NCBI GenBank assembly: GCA_016179185.1
Contig: JACORW010000101.1
Location: 2,204 to 66,203, forward strand
Origin: Gammaproteobacteria bacterium
GTDB taxonomy: Bacteria > Pseudomonadota > Gammaproteobacteria > Eutrophobiales > Eutrophobiaceae
DNA length: 64,000 bases
Direction of reading: 5' to 3'
Shown: one piece after another, positions 7,012 through 15,273 of the stretch
Numbering within the stretch: the stretch's first letter is position 1
Layout: the number at the start of each line of letters is the position of its first letter
Position numbers and translations under genes: made by a program
Notes under the pieces: model-generated
The model's input: the letters and a program-made list of their open reading frames with translations, nothing else
Databases searched by the model: none
What the model was told of the DNA's origin: nothing

Positions 7012-9939
7012 TTACGGATCCTCGTTCAGAAGGCTCTCGTTCAGATCGATGTGATAATGGTCATCGTGTCCAAGGAGCGGCTTGATCGTCGAGCTGAGCG
7101 TTGCACCCGCATCGAGTTCCAGAAGTACGGTGTTATCCGCTGCGGTGATTTTTCCGTCCCGGATCAGGCCCCAGGCCCAGCCACTCGGAAGCGGGTCATG
7201 GGGACGGCCAATGATGGTGAATACCTCGCCGACAATGGGATTGCTCGCCAGATTGGCCAGACCGGTCCGCTGGTCGAGGATCCATTGCCTCAGCTCCTCC
7301 GTCGCAGCCTCATCCCCCAGCACGGCATTGGTCGCCAGTTCCTCCGCCGCCAGATAGTTCAGCAAACCGAAGGGATCATCAGTCCCGGCACTGTAAAGTA
7401 CGTCGCCAAAATGGAAGATGTCTATGTCGGTTCCGGATTTGTGGCCCGCATGCCCGATGTTTCGACCATGCTCCCCCGAAATGTCGTTTATCCGAGTGAT
7501 CAGCGACCCGTACGTTTCCAGCCACTCGAATGTTCCCTTCGAGGCCCAGTCATCACCGCCGACATCCCGCTTTCCGCCGTAGCGGAGAATACCATCGGGC
7601 ATGCGCCACAGCGCCTTTTCAGAGCCGCTGTAGAGCGTGGCGCTCGCCGGCTCACCGTTCACGGTTGCCTCAAACTGGAATTCATACTTGATGTTGTGCG
7701 CCTCAGGCGGCGTTCCATTCACCGGTGAGGTCCTGGGGTTGTCGCCGCCAAAGGTAACCGGCACCCGAAACTCCCTGGGCCCGTAACCCGCCGTAATGGG
7801 TTTTCCGCTGAACGCTGTTTTGCCCAGCGTATCGCCTGCCCCCAGCAACAGTTTGACCGTGACATTGGTGATGTCCGCGGCCTTGACACCGGCCGGAGAT
7901 ATGATCTTGAAATCGTACCACTTGTGAAAGTGGTTCGAACTCAGCCGGCGCGGCACGCTGAAGAAGGTTCCATCCTTGTCCGATCCGGGCATAATCAACT
8001 GGATGTTCAACTCCTGGCCGGCCACCGCGAGCGTCGCGTCCACATAGGTCGGCAGGATGTCGTCGCCGATATTCGTTGCCGACCCCGTCACCGTGATCGC
8101 CGCGTCCTGATCAACGGTGAGCAGCGAGACGTCCAGTGACTCCTTGATTAGCCCGGTGGATCCGGTGGGATCCCAGAAGGGTTCCAGGCTCACCTGCGAA
8201 TTCACGTTCCGTGATATGGAAAACAGCCGCGTCCCGTCGTTGGCAACAACGGCGAGGTCCCAGACATCGTTAAATATACTTTGCGAAAGCACGAATTCCG
8301 GATATTCGGTGGTGATGACCTGGTAGGTCAGTTCCAGTTTTTTCGTACCCATGGGCACCAGCAGTGTCGCCGTGTCCTGGACGCGCTGGTCCTCGAAATC
8401 GGCCGCCGCGCTGATCGTGACCTGCGCCGTCGCCGCGGCCACCAGTCCCTGCGGCGGTGCCCGCGGCACATCCGGCGCCTTCGCGCTTTTTCTCCTGCGC
8501 TGCATTTCCATGGGCCGCGGTTTCAGCAACGCGGGCGCGCTGATGATCGAAAACGGCGGCACGCCATTGACATAATCTTCCGGACCCAGCAGCGTGATCT
8601 CCAACTGCGTCGCGCCCGTGACAAAAAGCGCGCCGCTGCTGCTGTAAGTGACTTCTCCTTCCTGGTGCTCCAGTTCGAATGCGACGTTTCCCGCGGGCAC
8701 GCCGGTGAGCGTGAAGCTGCCGTCCGCCGCGGTGGCGGCGAACGCCTCGACCTTGGTCCCGAGAACGCGAAACAGGATCTCAGCGCCCTGCGTGGACAGC
8801 TCGGGATTGGATGGCGGCGCAACCACCTGGCCGGAGAGCGAATAACGACCGACACGGAAGGAGAGTGTCCCGTCCAATGACGTACCGTTGGCGGTGCTCG
8901 CGGAGACATGCAGGATCTGCTCGCCGTCCACGCCGAGAATATCGCCAAGGTAGGCTTCCGAAACGGTTCGGATCTCGCCGTTGCCGAGTATTTCAAAGCG
9001 ATCCGTGACATCCACGGTCGTCCCGGTCTGCACCTGTTCCACACTGGCGTTTCCCAGTTGAGTCGGCACCAGCGCGCTGCCGGAGGAGTTCCTGAAAGTC
9101 ACGCTCAACTCGGATGTCGAGGCGGGAACCACCGGGGAAAGATCACCGGTCAGGCGATGATCCAGCGCCACGGCCAGGCCCGCTCCGGTCATCAGCAGCT
9201 TGACCGTCTTGGTCGTGTCCCGGCGGATGGTTACCAGCTTTCCCGCCCCGGCCAGGTAGGGGTCGAAGGCAGTCACGCGATGTTTGCCTGCCGTAGCCTG
9301 GAAATCCAGCACGCCGTTATCCAGCGTCTCGCCGACGAGCTCATTGTCCAGATAGACGGGGATCCCGGCGGCCGCGGGATTCTTCTTGCCTTCGTAAAAC
9401 GTCTGCACGGAAATCGTCCCGGTTCCGGAGTGTTCCACGGATATGCTGACATCAATGGCGGACAGCGGTCGCGCGCCGCTTTGCAATGCAGCGGTCAATT
9501 TTTTCCGTTTCAGGGAGGCAACCTGGACGTCGCTGGGCAATTCCATGAACTCGGTCGCGCTGGCTGCCGCCTTGCCGAACAGGACGATGGAACCCGTGAC
9601 CGTATCTTTCGCCAGGGTTTCGCTTGGAGTGACGATCAGCGTCAGCGTCAGGGTCTGGCCGTTCGCGAGACTTTCTACGCCTCCATACTCGATTGTGGCG
9701 AATTTTGCGATGCTCTTGCTGAGCAGCACCTGGAAGTTGCTGATGGCAAGATTTGCCGTAATGGTGTTGGTCCGGGACACCGTCTGGCCGGCATTGGCGT
9801 TTACGTTCCATTCTGCCTGCGCCCAGTCCACGGCGTTGGCGGCATGCGCCGGCGTGGATACCAGAGTCACAAAGGAGAGGCAGAATATTGCGGTCACCGC
9901 AAGATACTGCGGAAGCATGAGTTTGCGAATATTTAGCAT
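7012..9939 (-). CDS. large secreted multidomain protein with a C-terminal MepA-like (peptidase M74/LAS-family) murein endopeptidase domain
   Basis: Signal peptide MLNIRKLMLPQYLAVTAIFCLSFVTLVSTPAHA, with GGAGG 7 nt upstream of the ATG at 9939. The C-terminal motifs GHAGHKSGTDIDIF and GHDDHYHIDL match the HxxxxxxD ... HxH zinc ligands of MepA-type LAS metallopeptidases. The remainder is beta-rich repeats. Confidence 0.55.
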   Translation of the reverse strand: MLNIRKLMLPQYLAVTAIFCLSFVTLVSTPAHAANAVDWAQAEWNVNANAGQTVSRTNTITANLAISNFQVLLSKSIAKFATIEYGGVESLANGQTLTLTLIVTPSETLAKDTVTGSIVLFGKAAASATEFMELPSDVQVASLKRKKLTAALQSGARPLSAIDVSISVEHSGTGTISVQTFYEGKKNPAAAGIPVYLDNELVGETLDNGVLDFQATAGKHRVTAFDPYLAGAGKLVTIRRDTTKTVKLLMTGAGLAVALDHRLTGDLSPVVPASTSELSVTFRNSSGSALVPTQLGNASVEQVQTGTTVDVTDRFEILGNGEIRTVSEAYLGDILGVDGEQILHVSASTANGTSLDGTLSFRVGRYSLSGQVVAPPSNPELSTQGAEILFRVLGTKVEAFAATAADGSFTLTGVPAGNVAFELEHQEGEVTYSSSGALFVTGATQLEITLLGPEDYVNGVPPFSIISAPALLKPRPMEMQRRRKSAKAPDVPRAPPQGLVAAATAQVTISAAADFEDQRVQDTATLLVPMGTKKLELTYQVITTEYPEFVLSQSIFNDVWDLAVVANDGTRLFSISRNVNSQVSLEPFWDPTGSTGLIKESLDVSLLTVDQDAAITVTGSATNIGDDILPTYVDATLAVAGQELNIQLIMPGSDKDGTFFSVPRRLSSNHFHKWYDFKIISPAGVKAADITNVTVKLLLGAGDTLGKTAFSGKPITAGYGPREFRVPVTFGGDNPRTSPVNGTPPEAHNIKYEFQFEATVNGEPASATLYSGSEKALWRMPDGILRYGGKRDVGGDDWASKGTFEWLETYGSLITRINDISGEHGRNIGHAGHKSGTDIDIFHFGDVLYSAGTDDPFGLLNYLAAEELATNAVLGDEAATEELRQWILDQRTGLANLASNPIVGEVFTIIGRPHDPLPSGWAWGLIRDGKITAADNTVLLELDAGATLSSTIKPLLGHDDHYHIDLNESLLNEDP

Positions 9940-9969
9940 GACAGCCTCCGGACAGCTCAATAAATCAAT

Positions 9970-10000
9970 AGCTTACCAATTGGGGTCTGACCCCATTTGG
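9970..10000. repeat. degenerate or half family-2 palindrome
   Basis: ttggggtctgaccccatttggagt between the 975-aa gene and the M4 protease gene. Confidence 0.6.
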
Positions 10001-10014
10001 AGTTACTTTACACC

Positions 10015-13000
10015 CTATTGATCCAGCAGGAATTCCCGGATTGCCTCCAGGATTGACGATGCTGCCCGCTCATTCACGCGCGGATTCCTGCCGGTGTCAG
10101 CTTCCACCTTGTCGTTCACTCCGTCGCCGTCAGTGTCGCTGTCGTTTGGCGCAGTGCCGAGCTGGAATTCCTCAAAATTGGTCAGGCCGTCGGCATCGCC
10201 GTCCAGGTCGCGGTCCTGGTCGCTCAATGGATTCAGCCCGTTATCGCCCTCATAGCCATCGGCCATGCCATCCCCATCGGAGTCCGGTGCATTCACCAGC
10301 GTTCCCAGTTGCGACTCCTCGAAATTCGTGAGCCCGTCCGAATCGAGATCCAGATCTCTGTCAGCGCCATTCAGCGGGTCAAGGCCATGTTGAATTTCAT
10401 AGTCGTCCAGCATCCCGTCGCCGTCATCATCCACGTCACTGACATTGCCCGTCCCGTCACCGTCCGTGTCCAGTTCGAAATTGACGGTCAGCGCGACGTC
10501 CTGGGTCACGGTGAAGGCACAGGCGGCGGACGCGGATGAGCAGAGATCGGAGCCACCCCACGCCGCAAAGACGGAATATGGGTCGGCCACCGCCGTCAGC
10601 GTCACCAAAGAATCCTGCGGAAAACTTTCCGAACAATCGTCGCCACAGACGATCCCCGCCGGCACCGACTGAACGAGGCCGGTTCCCGTCGCCGCCGGAT
10701 CCTTTGCCACGGAGACATTGAATCCGATCGGCGCGGTATAGGCGCCCCGGCGATAGATCATGCCGAAGTCTCCGTCGCTCAACCACAGACTCTGCCCCCC
10801 GCTCAGCGTGATCCTGTCGCTCTGCACGGCCTGGCTATATAAAGAGGATCCGGTCGCCGCGCCGGCGTCGGGTTTCGAGAACACAATCGCCCCATCGTCC
10901 CCCGTATACCCGGGAACCGAGTAGGAGTAACCGGGAATGGCCGCAATCAGGCCGACCTGGCCGGTAAACAGATCGCCGGCGTAGGCATTCGCCTGGGAGA
11001 TCCCGGACTGGAAGGCATCGAAAGTCAGGAACCGATCGCTGGTCTGCGACAACGCCGGAAAGCCGGTATCCAGTCCCTGGATGGGCGCCACGATCATGCG
11101 GATCTGCGACGTGGAAAGTTCCACGGCGTAAATGCTCCATAGCCCCAGTGCCGATCCGCCGGTATAGGTGACCTCGTTGAATGCGTCGTAGATGAGCGAC
11201 TTTCCGTCCCGGCTGAAGTCCATCGCGTCCGCCGTCACGACGTTTATCGTGCCGCCGTCAATTGCCGGCGCTTGCAGCTTGATGGTTCGATCATTGCTGC
11301 TATCGGCGAGATCCACGAATTCGATCTTGTTTTCGGGGAACCCCTGCGCGTCCAGCAGCACAAATGCAAACTGCTCTCCGCTGGGGGAAACCGCAACGGA
11401 AAATACCAGGCCCGGCAACCCCAGGCACGATTCGACTTCACTCACGCCGGCATTGGTGTTGATTGCGCAGAGATCGTTGATGGAATCCACAAACCAGGCG
11501 AGGGCCCCGTCGCCGGTGACGCTCGGGCGCGTAAATGCAACGGTGCCGCCGCTCAGAAATACCCCGACCGGACCGTCGTTCAAGGCCGTTTCCCGGCGCC
11601 CGAGGAAGAAACCGCCGTAAAACGAGTCGTAAAAAACGAACGCCGTGGAATCGGGGCTGCTTATGGGCGGCTGAGTCGGCGGCGGCGGTGTCGGGGGCGC
11701 AGCGAAGATTTCCACCGCGTCGAATGCCGCGGCGGTCGTGTTCGCCTGGACCGATCCCGCGCCGAACAGTTCTTCGGCCGCCGCGACGGCATTCAACCGC
11801 GCATCCACAAAGTCGGCATCCGGAAACAGCTTGGTGGTCAGGGCCCGATAAAATATTTTGGCTGCATCGAGCGTGCCGATGGCGCCGGGGAGTCCTTCCG
11901 CCAGCAGGTAGAACGCATGATTGACTATGCTGCTGTTGAGATGCACGCCGCCGTTATCCTGCGTCGTGTTGATGTACCCGCTCATGCTTGATGGGCAGGG
12001 AACGCCGAGGCAGTCCACGCTGCCCGGATTTTTCATGTTCCGAAATACCTGGCCGACGTCCTCCCCCACCTTCCAGTCTGCATCGCCCTGCGTACGCGTT
12101 TCCACCATCACGCCGAATATGTCCGCAAGCGACTCGTTCAGCGCGCCGGACTGGCCCTGATAGATCAGATCTGCGGTCGAACTGATCACGGCGTGGGTCA
12201 TTTCGTGGGCCACCACGTCGAGCGCGCCGGCATAGATCCGCTTGTCGCCAAAGGCCATGATTTGATTGCTTGCATCCCAGAACGCGTTGTCGAAATCGAG
12301 CCCGAGTCGCACCAATGCCTGCATGTTCGCGCCCTGCCCGTCAATGGAATTCCTGGCATGTCTTTCGAGGTAGTAGTCATAGGTCTCCGCCAGCGCCCAG
12401 GCCGCGCTCACCGCATCGGCCAGCCATCCGGAGTTCGGATTGGCGGATACCACGTCGGATAGCGGTGTCGGGTAGGACTGGGGATCAGAAGTCGCCGGCT
12501 TGTTCTTGGCATCCAGCACGATGATGCCGCCGATGGTCTGTGACGGGTTCGGAGGCGTGGACGACGGGTTGTACATCGTCTTGCTGGTGTCAACCATATA
12601 GTAGCTGGCGCCGGACTGCCAGACATCGAGAGCACGGCTGATGCCGAACAGATCGAGTCCCGATCCCTGGACATTTGCATTCATGATCCGGTTGAACTTC
12701 CTCAGCACGTTGCCGTGCATGGCATCCACGATTACCACCCAGCTCTCGCTGACGGAGACATCCACTTGGGTCTTCCAGGCTAGCCGGTAGGGCGCATCCC
12801 GCGGCGCAAACACGATGAGTTCGGGTGCGGCCACCCCGGCGTGTTCGTCCGCAGTGACTTCGCTGCGCGCCAGTGCCATCGCCCGCCCCTGGTCCACGGC
12901 CGGCCGATCCAGCAGTTTCCGCGGAATGACCCGGTGGGCGCCCGCCATGAGGTCCACGTGCCCCTGCCCGTCCAGTTGCACCAGCAGCCCCGACGGCCAG

Positions 13001-13596
13001 ACCCGCAATCCCCTGTGCCGTTGCTCGAAGCGGACCTGGGTGCGCCCGAGCTCATCCTGACCCTGGCCAAGAAAGCGGTACTCCTGATCCGGATCGCCCA
13101 CGCCGATTACGTTCCGGTACTTGCGCAGAAACTGCTCGGCGGTGGCCCGTGAGCTGGGCAGGCCTTCCTGGAGCTTGATGCCCCGGATCTGACGCGGGGT
13201 CCCGGTGCGGGAATCCATGCGCACTTCCAGGGGGCGGAGCAAAGGCGAAATCTGTTGTGCCGCGATACTTCTTGTCCGCTGCACCGATTTGATGCCGCCG
13301 CGGGCCGTGCTCCTTGCCGCCTGGGCACCGGGTGCTGATGTTGCGCGCCATTGCGCGATCCAGGTCTTGAGCTGAACTATCCGGGGATCCGCGGCTCGAC
13401 CGGAGGCCGGCGCGGTTGCATGGATCGCGGGCGCACTGGACGCGGGGATCAGCTTGACCTGGGTCTGGGCGCCTTGGGTCTGCGCGGCCGATGCCGCCGG
13501 CAATCCTGCCAGAACGAGAACACTCCAAACACACTGCCGTCGCAGCGTATTAACGCGGGGGTTTGCGGAGCGCATCTTGTTGTAGTTCTTATGCAC
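10015..13596 (-). CDS. giant secreted M4 (thermolysin-like) zinc metalloprotease with InlB-B-repeat-like, Ig-like and C-terminal calcium-binding TSP3-type repeats
   Basis: HExxH (VVAHEMTHAV) and the downstream ESLADIFG glutamate motif of family M4. N-terminal signal peptide (start ambiguous: GTG 13596 or ATG 13575). C-terminal repeats DxDxDGxxDxxE (DTDGDGTGNVSDVDDDGDGMLDDYE...) and the tail GRNPRVNERAASSILEAIREFLLDQ are shared with the S8 giant. Confidence 0.8.
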   Translation of the reverse strand: MHKNYNKMRSANPRVNTLRRQCVWSVLVLAGLPAASAAQTQGAQTQVKLIPASSAPAIHATAPASGRAADPRIVQLKTWIAQWRATSAPGAQAARSTARGGIKSVQRTRSIAAQQISPLLRPLEVRMDSRTGTPRQIRGIKLQEGLPSSRATAEQFLRKYRNVIGVGDPDQEYRFLGQGQDELGRTQVRFEQRHRGLRVWPSGLLVQLDGQGHVDLMAGAHRVIPRKLLDRPAVDQGRAMALARSEVTADEHAGVAAPELIVFAPRDAPYRLAWKTQVDVSVSESWVVIVDAMHGNVLRKFNRIMNANVQGSGLDLFGISRALDVWQSGASYYMVDTSKTMYNPSSTPPNPSQTIGGIIVLDAKNKPATSDPQSYPTPLSDVVSANPNSGWLADAVSAAWALAETYDYYLERHARNSIDGQGANMQALVRLGLDFDNAFWDASNQIMAFGDKRIYAGALDVVAHEMTHAVISSTADLIYQGQSGALNESLADIFGVMVETRTQGDADWKVGEDVGQVFRNMKNPGSVDCLGVPCPSSMSGYINTTQDNGGVHLNSSIVNHAFYLLAEGLPGAIGTLDAAKIFYRALTTKLFPDADFVDARLNAVAAAEELFGAGSVQANTTAAAFDAVEIFAAPPTPPPPTQPPISSPDSTAFVFYDSFYGGFFLGRRETALNDGPVGVFLSGGTVAFTRPSVTGDGALAWFVDSINDLCAINTNAGVSEVESCLGLPGLVFSVAVSPSGEQFAFVLLDAQGFPENKIEFVDLADSSNDRTIKLQAPAIDGGTINVVTADAMDFSRDGKSLIYDAFNEVTYTGGSALGLWSIYAVELSTSQIRMIVAPIQGLDTGFPALSQTSDRFLTFDAFQSGISQANAYAGDLFTGQVGLIAAIPGYSYSVPGYTGDDGAIVFSKPDAGAATGSSLYSQAVQSDRITLSGGQSLWLSDGDFGMIYRRGAYTAPIGFNVSVAKDPAATGTGLVQSVPAGIVCGDDCSESFPQDSLVTLTAVADPYSVFAAWGGSDLCSSASAACAFTVTQDVALTVNFELDTDGDGTGNVSDVDDDGDGMLDDYEIQHGLDPLNGADRDLDLDSDGLTNFEESQLGTLVNAPDSDGDGMADGYEGDNGLNPLSDQDRDLDGDADGLTNFEEFQLGTAPNDSDTDGDGVNDKVEADTGRNPRVNERAASSILEAIREFLLDQ

Positions 13597-13629
13597 CCGT
13601 TTCGCCGGTTACATTCGGCGCACCTCCTT

Positions 13630-14001
13630 CTAATCCGCGATCTCGACCCGGGTCGCCTTCGGCACGCCGCCTTTCCACGCGTAACACCCGCTCATGCCGA
13701 AGCCGACGTTTTTCTGCAGCGAATACGCCGTAAGCGCCGCACTCAGCATGGCCTTCTTGTCCGGGGCGTCTTTCCAGTCAATGACAATATGACTGTATTG
13801 AAACTGCCCGCCGCAATTCAGTTCATTCAGGTATTCCGGGGAAAACTGGACGACGGCGTAGGTGGCGTAAGTAGTGATGGCGGTAATTGACGCTGCCGGC
13901 GGTGACGGCGTCGAATCTTTGACGGCCAATGCCGGAAAACTCGCAAATGCCGATACCAACGACGCCACGACCCATCCCCCGAAACTCTTTGCGGTTTTCA
14001 T
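13630..14001 (-). CDS. small secreted two-cysteine protein, paralog A (unknown function), immediately upstream of the M4 protease gene
   Basis: Signal peptide MKTAKSFGGWVVASLVSAFASFPALA, with GGAGG 7 nt upstream of the ATG at 14001. About 75% identical to the 24034-24405 product (conserved stretches KDSTPSPP...LNCGG...VIDWKDAPDKKAMLSAAL...GC..WKGG.PKATRVE). Confidence 0.75.
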   Translation of the reverse strand: MKTAKSFGGWVVASLVSAFASFPALAVKDSTPSPPAASITAITTYATYAVVQFSPEYLNELNCGGQFQYSHIVIDWKDAPDKKAMLSAALTAYSLQKNVGFGMSGCYAWKGGVPKATRVEIAD

Positions 14002-14048
14002 ATTCGACCTCCAGCGCATGGTCAAGAAAGTATAGCGTTAATCTCCTC

Positions 14049-15266
14049 CTACACCACCAGCTCGTTCAGCCCCAATATCGCCACCAGCACCGACATGATG
14101 ATCAGCGCAATCAGACCGCCGAGTCCGAGGATCAGGACCGGCTCCAGCAACGCCAGCGCCCGCTTGATCGCGATGCGCACATTCCCGTCGTAGATCTCGG
14201 ACGTTTTGAGCAACATCTGATCCAGTTGGCCGCTCTCCTCACCCACTTCCATCAACTGCACCGCGAGCGGCGGAAACAGTCCCGACTTGCGCAGCGGGCC
14301 GGTGAGCGGCAGGCCCTGTTCCAGGCTGGCGCCCATGTCCTCGACCACGGCGGCCAGCGCGCGGTTCCTGACCACGTCGCCCGCGAGACGGATGCCGGTC
14401 AGGATCGGAACGCCGCTGCCCAGCAGGATCCCCAGTGTGCGCGTAAACCGCGCCGTCTCGAACTCCCGGATCACGGTGCCGATGAGCGGCAGCCGGAGAC
14501 AGGCCAGGTCCCAGCGCAAGCGCGGCGCCGGTTGTTCAAGCCGCTTCTTCACGATCCACCCGAGCACAACCAGTCCCGCAAGCAGCGGCAGCCAGGCGTC
14601 GCGGGCGATCCCTGCGGCACCAAACACGAGCCGGGTCAGTAACGGCAGTGTTGCGCCGGCGTCCTCGAACAACGGAATGAACTGCGGCACCACGAACACC
14701 ATGATCGCCGCGAGAGAACACAGCGCCACGACGCACAGGAGTGCGGGATATATCAGCGCCGTCTGGACCGCGGAGCGCAATTCCTGCGACTGTTCCAGGT
14801 AGGTGGCCAGGCGATCGATGACCGGGGGCAGTTCACCGGCAGCCTCGCCCGCGCGGATCAGGTTCACATGCAGCGCAGTGAAATGACGGGGATGCTGCGC
14901 CAGCGCTTCGGAAAGCGATGCGCCACGCTGCACGCTGTCCTGGATCTCCTGGATCAGGCGTTGCAGGGGCGGCGACTGCACGACTCTCGCCAATGTGATG
15001 AGCGCTTCATCCAGCGCCAGACCGGCCTGCAACAGCGTCCCCAACTGCCGCGTCAGGGCGATGATATCCCCGCGCGAAATCAGGCGGGGTCTGACCCCGA
15101 ATGGGGTCAGACCCCATTTCCACGTTGCAATACCCGGGTCCGCGCTGATGGGCAGGTGCCCCTGATCGCGCAGTTGCGCCACCGCGGCGTCCCGGGAGTC
15201 AGCCTCGATCTCCCCCTGTACCACCTGGCCGCCGGGCGCGACGGCCTTGTAGCGAAACTGCGTCAT
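14049..15266 (-). CDS. gspF: type II secretion system inner-membrane platform protein GspF
   Basis: About 405 aa with two GspF/PilC-type repeats (...ALTRQLGTLLQAGLALDEAL...), three TM segments, and operon context with gspE. Contains an in-frame family-2 palindrome (WGLTPFGVRP). Confidence 0.9.
   Translation of the reverse strand: MTQFRYKAVAPGGQVVQGEIEADSRDAAVAQLRDQGHLPISADPGIATWKWGLTPFGVRPRLISRGDIIALTRQLGTLLQAGLALDEALITLARVVQSPPLQRLIQEIQDSVQRGASLSEALAQHPRHFTALHVNLIRAGEAAGELPPVIDRLATYLEQSQELRSAVQTALIYPALLCVVALCSLAAIMVFVVPQFIPLFEDAGATLPLLTRLVFGAAGIARDAWLPLLAGLVVLGWIVKKRLEQPAPRLRWDLACLRLPLIGTVIREFETARFTRTLGILLGSGVPILTGIRLAGDVVRNRALAAVVEDMGASLEQGLPLTGPLRKSGLFPPLAVQLMEVGEESGQLDQMLLKTSEIYDGNVRIAIKRALALLEPVLILGLGGLIALIIMSVLVAILGLNELVV
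15084..15115. repeat. family-2 palindromic element located in-frame inside the gspF coding sequence
   Basis: gcggggtctgaccccgaatggggtcagacccc on the plus strand, translated within GspF as W-G-L-T-P-F-G-V-R-P in the variable linker between the N-terminal domain and the first conserved repeat. Confidence 0.85.
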
Positions 15267-15273
15267 CGCCCGC

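Noticed and set aside
6838-7728. 296-aa plus-strand ORF
   Set aside because: It starts inside the palindrome cluster (SDPIRGQTP are repeat translations) and then runs antisense to the 975-aa gene.
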